A stretch of DNA of 64,000 nucleotides, from NCBI RefSeq assembly GCF_001447785.1, contig NW_015166441.1:755007-819006 (forward strand), written 5' to 3'. Made by a program: the position numbers and the translations under genes. Within the stretch, counting starts at the first letter, position 1, and each line of letters begins with the position of its first letter. Below, one piece after another: positions 37,901 through 49,900 of this stretch. Source of the stretch: Gekko japonicus (taxonomy: Eukaryota). Below the pieces are notes generated by a model. It was not told the DNA's origin, searched no databases, and saw nothing but the letters and a program-made list of their open reading frames with translations.

Positions 37901-40900
37901 GGGCAAGGACTCTGGGACAGCAGAAACATGCAGCCTTTGATTAAAAAAAAAAGGCAACTCATTATAAAAGGTAGTTCTGAGCCTTGTTATAAAAGATGCA
38001 CAAAGTGCAGAACAGATAGCAGTAGAAGTTGTCTTCTGCAGATGGTTCTGAAGAATTATTTTAAGTAGTTCTAAGGCTGCAAGAATACGGCTGAAATGCT
38101 GACATTAAGCCTTAACACTGAACTCAGATTTTCAAAGTGCTCTCAATGCAAAATCAAAACATAGGAAAAATGTGGCATACATTAATAAACACACATCTTT
38201 TTAAAGGAGCACTGATGTTACTGTTTAAGTTGCGCTTCACAGAATACATAGGGAATGTTTCCAAGTGCCTTTTATTTTGAAAACAGATTGTTCCTCTCAC
38301 TTCTATTTTATCAGGAGCCTCTCACTTTACCTTATCCTAGCCTCTTCTAGCACATTTGCTGGCTTTTGCGTTGTTTGATTTCGGCTGCGAATTTTGGGAG
38401 AAGCATTACGTGGAGTCTTGGGAGTTCTTGGTTGAGGCTGCAGAGGAAAGCGAAACGCTCAAAATAAACACTGCACTGAACCTAACCAACAGCACAACTA
38501 GCTTCAAAAAGCTTAGACATAAAACATTTAAAGAGCCTACGTTTAACAGGAACAGTAAAGGCCTGATTATTTGCTTATTTCCTGAAGCTCAGGTGGAAGT
38601 TAAACCATCTAGTAAATATTAGAAAATTTGGAACAAAGCTTTTTAGAACATTTAGGACTAAGGCTCACGTGGATGCTTTCGTAATCACATTACTTTATGT
38701 TTGTAAGAAGTACATATGAAGCTGTCCTGTACTTTCAGATGACGTTCTCTAAACCTAAATTGCCTACTCTGCATGGCAGCAGCTCCTCCAGAACACCTCT
38801 AAGCGAAGGTCTCGCATGACTCTAAAATCTGGTAATTTTTTAACTAGAGATATAAAGCTTCAGCCTTATGGATACAAAGGATATGCTCTGTCATTGAGCT
38901 ATTACAACAAAACTTACTGTTTTCCTTGAAGTTTTGGCAGGAGTCCCAGAAGATTCTTTTCTTGTAATATTTGGAGTAGACCTTATTTGCCTTTTGGGTG
39001 TTTGAAACACCTTTATGTCTTCATCATCACTGCTACTGGAATCAGAAACTTTCACTAGAGGGAAGTACTTTTCTTCATCTTCCTCCCCAGATGAATCTAA
39101 AATACTAACAGGGAAAACAGATGCATTATGTAATGTTTAACAGATGAATTGCAATATTAAGTACTACCACAAAAGAGATCCACCGCTATCACCTCTTTAA
39201 TGTTATCAGTTAATTTATTAGTAAGCAAACAGAAGCTTCCTATAGTTTGTCAAGACAGTCACCAGTACCTAGAATAAATCTCAGCCATGATTTTGTAAGT
39301 ATTACTATAAATGTAATGTCTTCAGATATCTGGTTCAGTAGGCATACAAGATTTGCCCTGATACCTGAGCACCAAATCACAACTTTCAAGCAATAGGAAA
39401 TGGGGCCTGTTTATACAGTCATTCAGAAGCACAGATCTAGTCATTAAAAATATTGCCATTGAGCAATCATAAGTGGATGGCAGTTTTTATATTGTCAGGA
39501 ATATGGCCAGCAGTATAAGGGAACAGTTGCTAGTCTTGACCAGAAAGATCATGGAAGCTATTTTTGCAGACCAGAAACAGAGATGGCCTAGTTTCTCAGC
39601 TAAACGTTCCTGGTAAGGAGTCTAGATACTGAGAATAGAATAGCCGCGAAGGGGAGTAAGAAACAAAGAAGTAAGACAATAATAGGGCATTTTGTAGATT
39701 TAAAACAATCTAATCCATATCAATAGATAAGGTGTGTCAGGGCCCAGGTGCAAGAAGCATCTGTGAATGGCAAGGGTATCCACCTTCACAGAAAATATAA
39801 TTCAATGATGGGATGTATTGATGTAGAGCGAACAGATATTTGTATGTATGAAAAACCTGTAATTAGTATTCTTAAGTGGACTTTGTTAAGATAAAAAGTA
39901 GCAAGAATGAACATTTTTTGTATATTTCAAGTATAGGTAACTCTGTATGGCGTCTGAAATTATAACATAATTAGGCAAGAATATGTGGCCCTATCAAGTG
40001 GGACAGTGAGCTATTGGAAGATTATTTTAAAAACCTATAAATATGGGCATCTAAAGAGATTAAGAGCTTCTTCTTAGAAAATGCTGCTTGCTTCTGATGT
40101 GCTTATCTTTGGGTAAGATATTTTAATGGACTCATTTAATTGCTCTCCTTTACTTATATATGTAACAGTAATGGATGGTATTTTTCTTTTGAGTTTGTCA
40201 GCATTAAAGATGAAAATAGTTACACTGTAATAAAAGGATAAAATTGAAGCAAAGGCTCTCTAATACTATTACTTGTGTACTATAAGCATAACAAACCTAA
40301 ACTTTGTTGGGGTATATGTCTTGCCAGGAATTAAGTGATCTGATAGAAGAAAGCTAACCAGCTGCCTAGGGCTTCTTAAATACATGTTTATATCTGAGTC
40401 AGCCCACAGCAGAGTCATCCAGAACGATTCGAAGCACTTGTTCTACTTTTCAACATTATGATGCACAATAAGGAGGTTGCATGAAGGTTTTATGCAAGAA
40501 GCATCTCAAGAAGTGTTTCTTACAGCTGCTTTTTATTATAAAATAGTGAAACACTCTTCATTATGAGAGTTGAGAGATATATGGAGGAAGGAATGTGGCT
40601 GTTGCAGGGACCACATTCAGTCCTTTGCAAATCCACGCATCAGGGTAAGTGTTCTAGCCTCTGCCAAACACCCCTGCTACAACATGAGAGTCCTTTCCTG
40701 TGAACCTCACAGGCAGAAGAGAGGGGGAAAGGTTTTGTATGTTACACTGCTGAGTTTTGGAGTGTTCTACGACACAGCAAGATAGCCCTGCCTCCTCTCA
40801 CACCCCAAAGTCCTTTACAACTCACAAAGGCCTTGGAGCAGAAAAGGGTCAGTGGCAACCAATCTGGCTAGTAAACCAAGACACAGTTCGCAGACCATAA

Positions 40901-43900
40901 CTGCAAACTGCCTGTGAATGTAGCCTGTGTGTTCCCAAAGTGTGTCCCCTTATCATTGGAAGAATTAGCCAGGTGGTAGGTATGTTTTGCCTCATGCAAC
41001 ATACCCCCAGATTCATCTAATCAATCCCATTTGTATGTAGAGATGGTAAATGCGTTCAGCATCTGAAACAAGGAGCAGGTTTAATGCCCTCTCAACAGTG
41101 TCCCAAGTCATTTCTTAACTTCATATTTATTTATTGCATTTATATCCTGCCTTTCTTCCATCATGGGATTCAATCATCATACATCTTCCAACTGTACTAG
41201 ACTAACCTCATAGACCCACCTCTTTATCCACACTGCAGTATGAAAAAACCCATAAATTGGCTTTTATATATGGGTTGGCTATTATGCAGCACCAGCATAA
41301 CTTTCTGGTAGAAGCCCTGACCTGGATAGCCCGGGCTAGCCCAGTCTCGTCAGATCTTGGAAGCTAAGCAGGGTCGGCCTTGGCTAGTATTTGGATGGGC
41401 AACTTCCAAGGAATACCAGGGTTGTGATGCAGATGCTGGCAATGGGAAACCAACTTTGAAATGTCTCTTCCTTTAAAAAAAAACAAGTCTCGCTTGCCAC
41501 ATGCAAACTTCTGGCTTTAATTTGCTGATATAGCAAAAAGGTTTTAAACTCCCTGAAGCTCTTTGTAATAAACAACTCAATGCGTACACATAAAAACACA
41601 TTTCACCAAGCATTTCAGCATCAGAGAGAGCACATCTGAAAAGTGAACTGGCAGCAGCAGTGTAGCTGCTATAATCACTCACTTAAGATGTTTTGCAATG
41701 CGAACAGCAGTCCTCTGTGCACATTTCCTTCGAGAAAGAAGAGTCCTCCGTGTACAGTTCCTTTGAGAAGAAGTCATCACTTTACTCCTGGCATCTGATT
41801 CTTGCTCTTCATCCGGACTGTAAGTAAAGAATGGCACAGGTTTCTCTAGCTTCCTTAAACACTATGGTTGGATCCAGTGAACATTCAACAGAAGATACTC
41901 ATGGTGGAATATCTTTCTCACTTTCTCCTCCTCCAGCAGCCATTTTCAACCTGGGGAAAGTTTTCCTAGGGTTCCAAAGCCCAAATGGATCAACAGCCAT
42001 CTGGATTGGTTAACTCCAGAGGGAAGCAGATATCACCCTTCCTGCCTGTTCTTTCAGTGGAGCTTGTTCTCATAGAAAAGGAAGCCATTTCACCCCTTTC
42101 TTCCTCCTTAATGCTGCCTATCAACTCAAGTGACTATTACTCCATGAAGGTCCTGCCATCAGCTTTCCTGTCATTAGAAATGGCTGCGGGGGGGGGGGGG
42201 GGGGGAGAGAAGAAAGCAGGGAAGACCCATAGTTCTTCTGTGAGTGGATCATTGGATCCAGCCCACTTAAAGATACTGGCTTTGTGACTTCCTAGATAGA
42301 AACATTGGATTTACTGTGGATTGGAAGGCATCCTTGTCTAGGTTGTGCCTTCTCCTTCCTCCATGGGCAGGGCACATGAAATTTTTTTGCAAAAGCTTCC
42401 ACTATCCTGAGAAGGTACTCAATCCCCCCTCCCCCAGTTAATGTTTTGCCAAGCTTCTGAGGAAGATAAGTCCATCTCCAACACAGAAGAAGAACAACTC
42501 CTCCCCTGAAGATCTGTAACTGGGAATACTGGATGCAGGCTGAAGAAATCTTAGACAGACTCTGTGTTAACCTAGGGAGTTCCTATCCAGTGTCAACTAG
42601 GGCAGGGAAGGATACCTTCCAATCCACTGATGAGAAGAAACCGTCATTGTAAGTCCAATGTCGTCTTCTCCATCAGTGGAGGAAAAACAGAGGAGAGGAA
42701 TTATTGAGGAACTACCTTTTGGAGGATTCTTCTGCCAAACACTGCCTTGACTGAGGTAAACGTGTCTATTCTGTAGAGCCTCACAAAGTTAGAGGTTGAG
42801 GCCCAGGTACTTGCCCTACAGATTTCTGTACTGGATGTGTTGGTGGAGAGGGCAGCAGAAGTAGTGGCTGCTATTGTAGAATGGAGCTGTTTGAAGATGC
42901 TGAACACTGTAAGCTGGGAAAATGCATGCTTAGATCAACCTGGATACAGTTGACTATGATGCCTTCTTCACCATGGCTAACGAAACAAACAAGGCATCTG
43001 AAGATCTGAAAGTTGCTATCCTCTTAACATGGAAGGCCCTCCAGACATCTAGTGTATGTTAGTCATATAACTTAGGATGGCTGGAATGAGTACAGAATGA
43101 AACTGATATCTGGGTATCCCTAACCCTCGTGAGCGGATTTATGCTTGCCCGCGGAGACAAATGGACATAAATAAGTCCCAGGAAGCTCTGTGGGATCCAA
43201 TTCCCTCTGGCAACTCGTTGGATGTGATGGTGGAAAATTGGCAATCCTGTCTTTCCGAAGCCATCAACGAAGTCCCCCCCCCCCGGTGTCCTCTTTGCCC
43301 CTGTACAAAACTAGCTCCGTGGTATATCCCGGAGCTACGGCGGATGAAACAGGAGCGAAGACAGCTAGAGAGAAGATGGCGACGAGCGTGTGACAAAGCC
43401 ACAAGAGCATCCTATATGTCGTTTATTAGAACCTATGAGATGGCAGTGAAGGCCGCAAAGGGTTTCTACGTGACCTCCATTGCGTCTGCTAGCTCTCACC
43501 CAGCCCAATTATTGAGAATTATTCGGTCACTGACTAATATGCCACAGGGCATTCCAAACGCTAGGGAATTGGCGATTGGCTGTGAGGCATTTGTGAGCGA
43601 TTTTGCAGACTCAGTCTTATCACTCTGCTGCAACCTCCCAACCACATTTGATACAACAAAAGAACTGGAAGCCCATTGGCCATCCCTGGGTCCAATTCTA
43701 GACCACTTCAGTCTGCTCTCCCAGGACGAAGTTGACAAGACTCTGTGGCTGTGAAGCCTACCACATGCCTCCTAGACCCCTGCCCATCATGGCTAGTTAA
43801 AGCCTGCTGCGATGAGGTGCGGATCCTTAATAACTACTGCTCAGTGTCTAATTTACCATTCCTGGGTAAGGTAATAGAGAGGGCAGTGGCAACGCAGCTC

Positions 43901-46900
43901 CAGACTTCCTTTGAGGATGCTAAGATTCTGGACCCCTTCCAGTCCGGCTTTCGCCCCGCCCACGGGATGGAGATGGTGCTGGTCGCCCTGGTGGATGACC
44001 TACGGAGACACCTGTATCGAGGTGGATCGGTGCTGCTGATCCTTCTTGATCTGTCAGCAGCATTCGACATGGTATACCATGATGTGTTAACCCACCGCCT
44101 CGCCAACATTGGGATACGGGGTTTTGCCTTGCAGTGGCTAGCCTCCTTCCTTCAAGGTTAGGGACAGAGGGAGAGCTATCCCAGCGACACCCACTGTAAT
44201 GTGGTGTGCCGCAGGGAGCAATTCTCTCCCCTTTGTTATTCAACATCTACACGTGCCCCCTCACCCAGATTATCCAGAGGTATGGGCTGGGGTGTCATCA
44301 GTATGCAGGTGACACTCCGCTCCAGAGGGCAGAGTTTGCAGCGTGGTGCAGCAGACGCTCTTTGGAGCTCTGCCACCTCCGGGTTCGTTTAAAAGGCCTT
44401 TCGGACAAATGGAGACCCCCCCCCACTCTCCTGGGGAAAGGGGTAATGGGTTGCAAGGGGCTTGATTTAGTCCCCTGCGCTGTGGCAACATGCAGGGAGC
44501 ACCAGGGCTCGCCCCCAACACTGGATCCGAAGAGGAGCCTGAATTCCCAGGCAAAGCCTCTGCTTTTTGTTCCGAGAGGGGTTAGAACTGTGAGTAACAT
44601 TTGAATTACAAAGGGGACATAACGAGGAGACTGTCACAACTAAGCCCCTAAAAGAGTTGTAAATAGCGTGGAGGGAGATTTTCCCCATCAGATAGAGCGG
44701 CCAACGAAAGAGAACAGACGGGAACACTGCACTTTCACACCTTAGCTCTTCCCACAGAGACAAAGATGGCCCTCACCTTTCTTTAAACATTTACGATTTT
44801 CTCCAGGGGAACTGATCTCTGTCATCATTTGGCTCTCATCATGAAGCCTTGTCCTGGGCCTTGGAGAATGAAGCAGGCATGTCACCCTCATGTGGCAGCT
44901 CAGATGGGGCATTCCAACTAAGAATGTTCTTTCTTTTTTTTGGCCCCTGCCACTGCTGGCAGAGAGCGAGATGTGAGAGGGCCACTGATTTCTTCAGATG
45001 CTTCAGTATTTTCTCCTACTTTTTTTCCTAACAAGGCGAGAGTGCTGTCACAACTTGTCTACCCATGGAGAGTGCAGGGCATGGACTGGGGTGGGGGATT
45101 AAGTGCCTGTTCAGGATACTGGAAACCTTTGCAAAAAATTGCATATGCCCTGTATATGCAGCAAGGCAGTAGCACAAGCCATACAAGAATAACCTTCCTC
45201 CACTGCTGGAGAATGTCACTTCCTTAGCTTAGCACCACATAGTTACCATGTGGGTGTAGGTAAGCCAATATTCATTCCTCACACAGCCTTCAAACCTGTA
45301 TATTTATTTATTTATTTAAAAACAGGTTCCACCTTTTCAAAAGTCCAAGGCAGACTGCAAACTTTCATAACAGAACACAGTTAAACATGTTTAGAATAAT
45401 TTTAAAAGTCAGTAATGCCCCAATTACCAGGCAGTAATTCTACAAAATCCCAATATTGGTAACTCAAATGTTCTGCCATCTTACTGCCCCCTGTGAAATG
45501 CCACCAACACAGAGGAAGAGCAGATTAGGAGCTGCTCCAGAGAAATCCTGGGCCCCAGGACTTGCCATTTCAAACCCACAAGAGACACCAGTGGCAGGAC
45601 CCGCTGGGAGGATCTGAGCCTTCGTTTCACGTGTCATAGGGAAACAAATCTTTAGCCAAGATTTAAACTGGCTAAATGACAGTTAACAGTAGCTCTGTCC
45701 ATGTTTGCCGCAACATATATAGTACTAAAACTGTCAAGAATTCCATTTACCAAACCTTTACATTGCAGTAATGGCTTGCTAGATACAGCATAAGGAACAT
45801 ACCGCACTTTTGTCTCACCCTTGCGCACTTTTGTCTCACCCTTGCGCAGGGCAGCATGCATGGTTCTCCCCTCCACCATTTTCGATCCCATAGCAACTTT
45901 GAGGTAGGTTAGGGAGAAACTTGTTCAAAATTACTCATAGATGCATAAAAATTAGAAGCCATGTCTCCCAACTCCTAGTCTAACACTTGACACTGCTCCA
46001 ACGAACATACTACAAATTAATTTTATACCAGGCATGTAATGTAACCTCTTAAAATTGAATTCACACCCTGAACTGGATAGCCTGGGCAGATCTTGGAAGC
46101 TAAGCAGGGCCGACCCTGGTAAGTACCTGGGAGATCTCCAAGGAATACCAGGGCCGGGACGCAGAGGCAGGCAATAGCAAGCTACCTCTCTGAAACGTCC
46201 AGACCCCACTAGGGGTCACCAGAAGTCAACCATAACTTCCAGGCATGCACACACACACACTACTCACCAAAAAAAAGCCTCTGTATTTCCTCACAGAAAC
46301 TTAAGAGTTTATCGGTACAAACATTACAAACACAGTACACAGTCACCTCTAAAGATCACTTACACTTGCTGGTTAGGATTGCTCTTGAGTGTTGCAACTT
46401 GCTTCACTGAGTTTTTGGATGTCTTGCAAATCTTATCCCTGTCATCTGTACTCCTTGAATTAATTGGGGGGAGAGATGGAATAAAAAAGAAGTGTGATCA
46501 TAAAAGGGCAATTAAAAAAAAAAGAATCCAATCCATATAATTTAGACCCTGGTTCTTCACAGCCGACTTATTCTCTATTCTTACATTTAAATTATTTTAA
46601 AGTTATTTTAAGTAGAATGGGGTTAACATGAACAAAACATAGTTTGAATAGACAGAGGACCAAAAAGAATAAAAGTTCTAAAATGATTCCAGATCCACTA
46701 GCCAGAATCTAAAAAACTGCTTTAGATTGTGCCTAAGAGTTTGAGGATGTCCACACACTAACCCCCACCCCACTTCCAGGCATCAAGAGGTCTGAAATCA
46801 GCCAAGTTTCAAACGCATTTTGCCACATGGTTGGAGGAAATGCTTTTGAAGAAACAAGTTCAAAGCCCTCTTTGACACAGACAATTAGTTGTATACTTCT

Positions 46901-49900
46901 GCAGGTCCTTGCCAATGTCTACAAGACAATTATTGTTTTTTAACACCCATGCATAGAGGAATGACAAGTATTTTTCTGCATTTTCACTACATAAAGATTT
47001 TTGGCTATTTAGCAGACTCTTACAAAACAAACAGCAAAGAACAGAAACAGAATGTACACTTTAACAATAGCTTCTTTGGTTTTCATTTTTTAAGATAGAG
47101 GGACTTGTTAAAATAAACCCTATCTTTCAGATACAAAATATTTCTGTCAGTTTCCTCTTCTCTTTTCCTCCCTTAAGAATGATTATCCAAAGAGCAACTT
47201 TTCTCCCAGACGATCTAGATCAGGGGTGTCAAACTCATTTGTTATGAGGGCCGGATCTGACATAAATGAGACCTTGTTGGGCTAGGCCATGCGTGTCATA
47301 AAATGTAATGCCAGGTAATAGAGATATAAACTTTATAAAGGACACAAACGGATTTTTTTTAACTTAAAAACATGCTTAAAACATCAGCAGTCTTGCAATC
47401 TTTTGTTTATTTAACAGTGTCTAATAACTGACACCTCTTGCTCTGAATTATTGCATCAAAATGTCTGTGCTGTTGCAATCCTGAGTATGCTGTTCAGGTG
47501 TGTATCTGTAAGTTGCAAACCTATGATGACGCAGCAGGAACAGAAATGGAAGCAGAAGCAGAAGACAGCCAGTTCCACTGCAGGCCTGATAGAAGCCCAC
47601 CGGGGCCTGATCTGGTCCCCGGGCCACATGTTTGACACCCCTGATCTAGATATCTGAAAATAAAATCAAGCTTTTTTTAAAAAAAGGTTTTAATTCATGT
47701 CCAATATTTATGACCGGCGGTGTCACTCACTCTCCAGCATTGTCCTTCACGGCAAAAATCCTGGTTTTCCAAGTGGTATCTTGGTTCCTCTCGGAAGAAG
47801 ATAATACACATGCATTAGATCTCTCTGATGTGTCTCCCAATGGCTCAGTGTTCTGAAACTGATTGTCTTCATCAGTAGGACAAGATACTTTGGGAGGTGA
47901 GCCTTTAATGCCAGTGAATGTGACTTTGCGTTTAAGTGGTGAGTGATCCAGGGACTCAGTGAAGTTAAAGTCTAGAAGCTCAATAACATCTTGTTCATTG
48001 AATATACTTCTTGGAAATTTGGTAGGACCTATAAACCAAAAACATCAAAATATTTTGTGTAAGTTTGTTTGGTAACAATCAGTTCTGAATCCATGCATGA
48101 AGGGTGCAAAATTTCAGTTGTATGTAGCAACACAGAATAGAACTTGTAAATGTCTTTTTGCGTTAGTAAATTTGTTCTCAGTAAAATTATTTTAGTCTGT
48201 ATGCCCAACCAATAAAATGGAAGGACAGAGTCAATCTCTCCTGCATTCACTTGTACGTGCCCCAATTCTTATCAAAGAGAGACATGTTCTAACCATCAGT
48301 GTACCTGCAAACTCCATAAAACTAAGTTTGTTCTTGAGTAAACTCTAGAAACTCAGTGGACAATAACATAATGTAATCCGAGACAGATTCTGGGGCACAG
48401 CATTTAGATATATTGATAACGGTATTAATAAATGCAACACAACTGGAGTTATAAACAAAGATACCACCACTATTCTTGGCCCCACCACATACAAATAGTT
48501 ATGTATATTATCTTACAAAAAGGATTTAGGAACAAATTATTTCCCTCCAACAATCTGTAATGGGAAAAGGATGTCCAAATTGAGCAGCTAAACCGTATGC
48601 TAGATCTGAATCCAGAAACCCTCCCTAATGTGTATTCCTTTACATCTTACTAACCCAGAGGACTGAGATATGTTCATTCAGAAGTCTCAGCATGCACAAC
48701 TGTAGCATAGTTGCCTTCAGCACAAGAACACAATGTTAGCTATGGCTCTTCATGAACACATGAAGCTGCCTTATCAATCAGGCCATTGGTCCATCAAGGT
48801 CAGTATTGTCATTCTACTGTGACTGGCAACAGCTCTCCAAGGTCTTAGTTAGAAGTCTTCACACTACATAGTTCTTTTAACTGGTGATCCCAGGACTGAA
48901 TTTAGGACCTTCTGCATGCCAAGCAGCTGTACCACTCAGCCACAGCCCCTCTCCTGAAAGTAGTATCATTCATGCTCTTGTACCACTCAGCCACAGCCCC
49001 TCTCCTGAAAGTAGTTATCATTCATGCTCTTGACCACAGTAGATGCCTGATATGAAGATGCAGATGGTTAATATTGCTGCTATCTCCTGTTCAAGGATTT
49101 CAGGTGTCCTGATTCACAATAGCTTCTTTATCCATAGAACTCATGTTAATGTTGATTTCATGCAGCCAGCCACAGAAAGATTCCTATTGTACCTGTTCCC
49201 AAAGAATTAGGAAAGCAGCAAAGCTCATAGTATAGCATTTTAAAACATGCATTCCTCCATGGGAATTATTCTAAGGTACTTGGGTGGGGGGCTGTGGAAA
49301 CAAGCTCTCAATTACAAATTTGTGCTCTGGGGTGAAAGGCTCTTGTTTTGAAATTACAGCATCCAAGAAAGTCCTGCAAGAGTTATTCATAAACTATCCT
49401 GGCCCCACTGGAGGACCTCCTGAAGGCACCTGGTATTTTTGGCCACTGTATGACAGAGTTTTGGACTAGATGGGCCATTGGCCTGATCCAACATTGGCTT
49501 CTCTTATGTTCTTATCCTTTTCAAGATCAGATACCCCATTTCCAGCTTCCAGAACCGTAAGACCCACTATCAGCCAAGAGCAATATCTGTATGATTCATG
49601 GCATACATACTGTTTAGCTGTAATTTTTTCTTCGCTGCTGGGGTGTTGGTGCTATTGGCCACTCTTTGTGAACATCTTTCCTTAGACAAGGATGACTTGG
49701 CATTTGAATGTTTTGATTCTGCTTCCATCTCATTCTTGGTACTTTGAGTCACCCTCCTGGTTTTTGCTTCTGCAGAGCAAGTGGTACGTGGGGGGGTCAC
49801 TTGGTATTCAGCTGCAACGTTCACAGCATCACTCTTCATTTTCATAGAATCTTTCAGCTCTGCCAATAAGCTAGACAACAAAGGTTTAAACTTTTTGCCA

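Noticed and set aside
39096-39098. Alternative ORC1 acceptor gtattttag at 39096
   Set aside because: Phase 1, incompatible with the upstream phase-2 exon; the acceptor at 39104 fits.
39540-40250. Possible fourth L1-related non-autonomous element
   Set aside because: AT-rich 3'UTR-like sequence with AATAAA, but I could not identify a TSD or coding remnant.
41340-41425. 5S rRNA gene
   Set aside because: Lacks authentic 5S ends, is diverged and continues into a SINE body; it is a 5S-derived SINE.
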